A stretch of 61,666 bases of DNA, counting the filler, from Myxococcota bacterium (GTDB lineage: Bacteria; Myxococcota_C; UBA6777): assembly GCA_023150835.1 (NCBI GenBank). It is 9 parts of 9 records of this genome, joined end to end, with 100 filler letters (N's around TTAATTAATTAA, not from the genome) between each part and the next. Parts side by side here need not be neighbours in the genome. Positions count along the whole stretch, not along the records: positions 55,911 to 61,666 come from JAKLKB010000213.1; 8 more parts are not named here. One strand, written 5' to 3'. Under the pieces are notes generated by a model, which saw nothing but the letters and a program-made list of their open reading frames with translations, ran no database searches and had not been told where the DNA came from. Positions 58,239-61,666 of this stretch are shown here, one piece after another. Every line of letters begins with the position of its first letter. Position 1 is the stretch's first letter. A program made the translations under genes and the position numbers.

Positions 58239-58286
58239 CGCTTGTCCCTTTTACCCTTTTTCCCTTGGCCGAACGCAGGCGAGGTC
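58107..58286 (+). other. Putative DGR variable region plus downstream cis elements
   Basis: NNC/NNT codons at the usual Asn template positions; post-stop CCCTTTTACCCTTTTTCCCTT and small hairpin GGCCGAACGCAGGCGAGGTC. Confidence 0.6.
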
Positions 58287-58547
58287 TACGTAGAGGGTGG
58301 TGGCGGAAGTGGCCGAAACGGAGACGCGGGAGTCTGAAGCGAAGAAAGCGCAGCAAGCGGAGCGTTAAGCGGAGCGGCAAGCGACCGAAGCGGAAGACCT
58401 CCCGCAAGGCGAAGAGAAGGCCTCGATGAGAAGGGGGGTTTGGGGGGAAGTCCCCCCAACGATTCTGGCGGGGGTGAGATTGCGGACAGTTTGAAATGGG
58501 CTGCGGACAGTGTATGTTCCGATCATGGGTCTGTTTGGAGGTGTAGC

Positions 58548-61331
58548 ATGAGGTCGCGGATTCGGGTGTTTGGGTGGTTGTGTGGAGCAGCGGTGCTGTG
58601 TTGTGTGGGGGCGTGTGAGCCGACGAAGCCGCCTGTTCCAGCGGTGGGTTGGGATGGAAAGATCTACGAACTACCGATACCCGAGCGTTCGGCGACTTGT
58701 GCGGTGGCGGAGAGTGCAGAGAAGTTGAAGCCGTGTGCGGAGGGTTCGGGAGCCTTTGGGTTTTGGCGGATCGATGAGCAAGGGCTGCCGGCGTATGAGT
58801 ACACGCTAGACCAACGCAGCGATCCCAAGGCGTTTTACAAACATTCTCGGAACAAAGAGCCGCGCACCCATCTTCATCAGATCGGAAACGACCGACTCAA
58901 CGGGATCGCATACAACGAAGGCTATGTCGAGCTGATGAGCCAAGAGCGCGGTGTGACTTACCACAATCGCTTTGATGAAAAGTATCGCAACTACACAGGC
59001 GGTTTTTCTTTGCTCGAAGAAGACGGGGTGGTGTGGAATACGGCGCAGCGTTGGATGCCTGCGGAAGCCAAGGCAAGGCGAGTATTTGGGGCGGGTTATG
59101 TGACGTATATCACGCAGTATCGGGGGATTCGGTTGACCAAGACGATCCATGCGGCCTCGGGTGATCTGCCTGCGCTGGTCAGCGATGTGGTGATCGAAAA
59201 CCTTACGCCCAACCAGCGGGAGATCCGGCATTACGAGTATTGGGATGTGAATCGCCATCAGGCGGTGTTTCAACCGCTGCGCACAAAAGAGGCGGGAGAT
59301 GCAGGAGATATCGAGCGAGATCTGTTGAACAAAAGCTTTACGCAAAAAGTGCAATGGGACGCCAAAGCCCAACGTGTGTGGGTGGAGTTTGTCAAAAAGC
59401 CCGATATCAGCGTCCCTGCAAAAGAGGCCGTCTCTACGGCTGATCTGCATCCCTCGCCGATCTTTTTGGCGGCGGTCGCTCCATCCGCAGTCGTCGAAGC
59501 CAACGATCTTTTTACTGATCAATCAGCTTTTTGGGGACAGGGCGGCCCGACACAGCCCGAAGCCGTCAAGCAACGCGCTCAAGGCTCGCTGCTCGAACAA
59601 GGCGAAGCCTTCCGCCAAAATGCGATGTTTGCGATGCGCCACAGTCTTTCTATCGCCCCCAAAGCAACGCTCTCGCTGCGTTTTGTGTACGGTTATCTGC
59701 CAAGCGGCCACGATGCCAGCTTTTTGCAGCGATATGCCGATCCCGAAACACAGCAGAAGCCGCACATCCAACGCTTTCAGGACAAGTTGGCCTACTTTGT
59801 CGCGCCTGATGCGCCGTTTCTTTCGCGGGAAGTGCCTTGGCACGCTTACAACCTGCTTTCGTCGGTCAACACGTTGGACTACTTCAAAGCGGCGGTGACA
59901 CCGCAGGGATCGGCGTATCTGTACTTGCATGGATTTGATGGAGCGCCCCGCGATCATGCGCTGTTTTCGATGCCGTTGGTGTATCTGCGCCCTGATCTGG
60001 CACGCGGCAACTTGCGCTTGATCATGGGGATGACGCGAGCAGAAGATGGCGGTATCAGCTACAGCTATCACGGAAACGGATACTTGGAGAATGCGATCAT
60101 CCACAAATATCCGTCGGATCTGGATATCTTCTTTTTGGCGTCGATGGCAGAATATCTCGCCGCTACGGGAGATCGGGCCTTTTTGAAAGAAAAGATCGCT
60201 TTTCACCCCGGCAATCAAAACGAGTTCGCAGGAAAGCGCCCTTCGTATGTGAAAGACGATACGGTGTTGGATCACATCCGTTGTGCATTTTATCATCTGA
60301 AAGGGTTTGTAAAGCGCGGACCGAACGGCTTGATTCGGATCTGGGACGGCGATTGGTCAGACGGGATCGTCTGGGAAAATGGCGAAAAGTACGATGCCAA
60401 CAAAAGCATCCAGTCTGGGGAATCGATCCCGAATACGCAGATGGCCTTGTATGCGCTGCCTTTGATGGCCGAAGTGATCGAGCCGGATGATGCGGTGCTT
60501 GCGGGAGAGATGCGGGCCTTTGCAGCGGAGCTATTGGAGCCGATCCGAAAAGAGTTTTTGGGGAAGTATTTTGCGCGGGCATGGCTGCGAGATCGCAATG
60601 ATCAGCCTGTTCATGTGGGGGTGGGCGGTGTGGATTTGGAGTCGCAGCCTTGGGGGATCATGGCGGAGCAGATCCTCGATCCTGCCCAAAAGACGGCGCT
60701 GCTCGACCACATACACGAGCGGCTGGACAAGGATTCACCGATCGGACCGCCTTTTACGCCCGGGGGCGCGGTGTGGCCGGCGATATCGCAGCTTGTGACG
60801 TGGGCGTATGCGCTTCATCAACCCGAACGGGCGTGGCAGACGCTGCTTCGACAGACGTATCATGCACACGCGACGCAGTGGCCGGATCTCTGGTTTGGGA
60901 TCTGGTCAGGGGCCGATGGTTTCTTTTCCAAGTCGGGCAATGCGTGGGATAGCGTCGCTACGCCGATGACGGACTGGCCTGTGATGAACCTGAACCAAGA
61001 TGCGATGTTTTTGCTCGGTTTGTTGCGGGTGGCAGGGATCCGACCCCATCGCAAGGGCATCTTGATCCAGCCGACAGGAGCGCCCAAGACTTTTTCGCTG
61101 AAGTTTCCGCTGGTGTCGTTGACGGTCGAAGCAAAGAGCGCAAAGGGCGAATACACCGCAGCCAACGACGGCGAAGTTTGGCTGTATTTCAATGCACCGT
61201 TTGGACAGACCTTGAAACAAGCGACGTTGCAAACAGCCCAAGGGACGGAGATCTTGACGGGTGCAGGGCCGTTGGGGAAAGCCGTACAGGTCAAAACAGG
61301 CGAGATCGTGCGTTATACGATCGCTTGGTGA
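58548..61331 (+). CDS. Lipoprotein, GH94-like glycoside phosphorylase/(alpha/alpha)6 glycosidase
   Basis: Lipobox VGAC; IGNDR N-terminal domain; PRD, EYLAATGD, GDWSDG, LESQPW and GAVW motifs. Confidence 0.7.
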   Translation: MRSRIRVFGWLCGAAVLCCVGACEPTKPPVPAVGWDGKIYELPIPERSATCAVAESAEKLKPCAEGSGAFGFWRIDEQGLPAYEYTLDQRSDPKAFYKHSRNKEPRTHLHQIGNDRLNGIAYNEGYVELMSQERGVTYHNRFDEKYRNYTGGFSLLEEDGVVWNTAQRWMPAEAKARRVFGAGYVTYITQYRGIRLTKTIHAASGDLPALVSDVVIENLTPNQREIRHYEYWDVNRHQAVFQPLRTKEAGDAGDIERDLLNKSFTQKVQWDAKAQRVWVEFVKKPDISVPAKEAVSTADLHPSPIFLAAVAPSAVVEANDLFTDQSAFWGQGGPTQPEAVKQRAQGSLLEQGEAFRQNAMFAMRHSLSIAPKATLSLRFVYGYLPSGHDASFLQRYADPETQQKPHIQRFQDKLAYFVAPDAPFLSREVPWHAYNLLSSVNTLDYFKAAVTPQGSAYLYLHGFDGAPRDHALFSMPLVYLRPDLARGNLRLIMGMTRAEDGGISYSYHGNGYLENAIIHKYPSDLDIFFLASMAEYLAATGDRAFLKEKIAFHPGNQNEFAGKRPSYVKDDTVLDHIRCAFYHLKGFVKRGPNGLIRIWDGDWSDGIVWENGEKYDANKSIQSGESIPNTQMALYALPLMAEVIEPDDAVLAGEMRAFAAELLEPIRKEFLGKYFARAWLRDRNDQPVHVGVGGVDLESQPWGIMAEQILDPAQKTALLDHIHERLDKDSPIGPPFTPGGAVWPAISQLVTWAYALHQPERAWQTLLRQTYHAHATQWPDLWFGIWSGADGFFSKSGNAWDSVATPMTDWPVMNLNQDAMFLLGLLRVAGIRPHRKGILIQPTGAPKTFSLKFPLVSLTVEAKSAKGEYTAANDGEVWLYFNAPFGQTLKQATLQTAQGTEILTGAGPLGKAVQVKTGEIVRYTIAW

Positions 61332-61346
61332 GGGGATGGCGGATTA

Positions 61347-61524
61347 TACGAGATCCGCCCGTTTTGTGATCGTAAAAATGGTGGGGCAGACAGGTGTGGC
61401 TGCCTAAGAATCGGGCGATCCGCCCGTTGTGTGATCGTAAAAATGGTGGGGCAGACAGGTGTGGCTGCCCAAGAATCGGGCGTCTAGGCGATATCTTACG
61501 AGCACACTTCGCTCGGATATCGTA
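61347..61524 (+). mobile_element. MITE family A copy with an internally duplicated REP unit
   Basis: TA-CGAGATCCG, two ~65-bp units containing GGGGCAGACAGGTGTGGCTGCC, then CGGATATCG-TA. Confidence 0.75.
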
Positions 61525-61609
61525 TGAGAGGGTGTCTAAAACAGTGAGATCTTTTGGATGTGTACACAGAAACATCGAAGGAATGGACGTCTTGTGATTC
61601 CCCTCACCC

Positions 61610-61658
61610 CAAGAGGCAACACTTCTCAGCGAGGGCAACCGCGCATGGTTGCCCCTAC
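61610..61658 (-). repeat. REP unit shared with 7104-7135
   Basis: CAAGAGG(C/T)AACACTTCTCAGCGAGGGCAACC at both sites; here completed by GGTTGCCCCTAC. Confidence 0.8.
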
Positions 61659-61666
61659 GTGTCGGA

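Noticed and set aside
58290-58470. DGR template repeat or accessory gene downstream of the FGE gene
   Set aside because: No similarity to the variable region and no AAC-rich tract; only purine-rich low-complexity sequence and a GGGGG/CCCCC hairpin.

Overview
The window is nine unrelated draft-genome contigs joined by eight 100-nt N/TTAATTAATTAA linkers: 1-7135, 7236-14334, 14435-21464, 21565-28583, 28684-36685, 36786-43174, 43275-49529, 49630-55810 and 55911-61666. Adjacency across a linker is therefore not evidence of linkage. Gene content (Cys-rich lipoproteins, PEGA, Ser/Thr kinase, sigma-54 regulator, alternative complex III) suggests a Myxococcota-like bacterium (inference). Housekeeping and metabolic genes are xdhAB, murA, SCO, actABC, a sirtuin, rpmG, rpe, mnmG, an RND adaptor and a GH94-like enzyme. 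Main leads: (1) a secreted caspase-PEGA-FGE/C-type-lectin gene whose 3' end looks like a diversity-generating-retroelement (DGR) variable region, with no RT or template repeat in the window; (2) three pieces of IscB/omegaRNA (HEARO) elements: an omegaRNA 5' end just after actC, a 3' end abutting a host ATG, and an in-frame internally deleted mini-IscB, with both visible 3' ends followed by ATGA; (3) a satellite-like integrative element (primase-DUF3987, cro/cI switch with operators, integrase) next to a short-variable-arm tRNA-Leu(TAA); (4) a nested repeat ecosystem of GTAG-REP hairpins, TA-flanked MITEs carrying them, and IS4/IS231-like ends inserted into them. All family assignments come from motif recognition by eye, not database searches.
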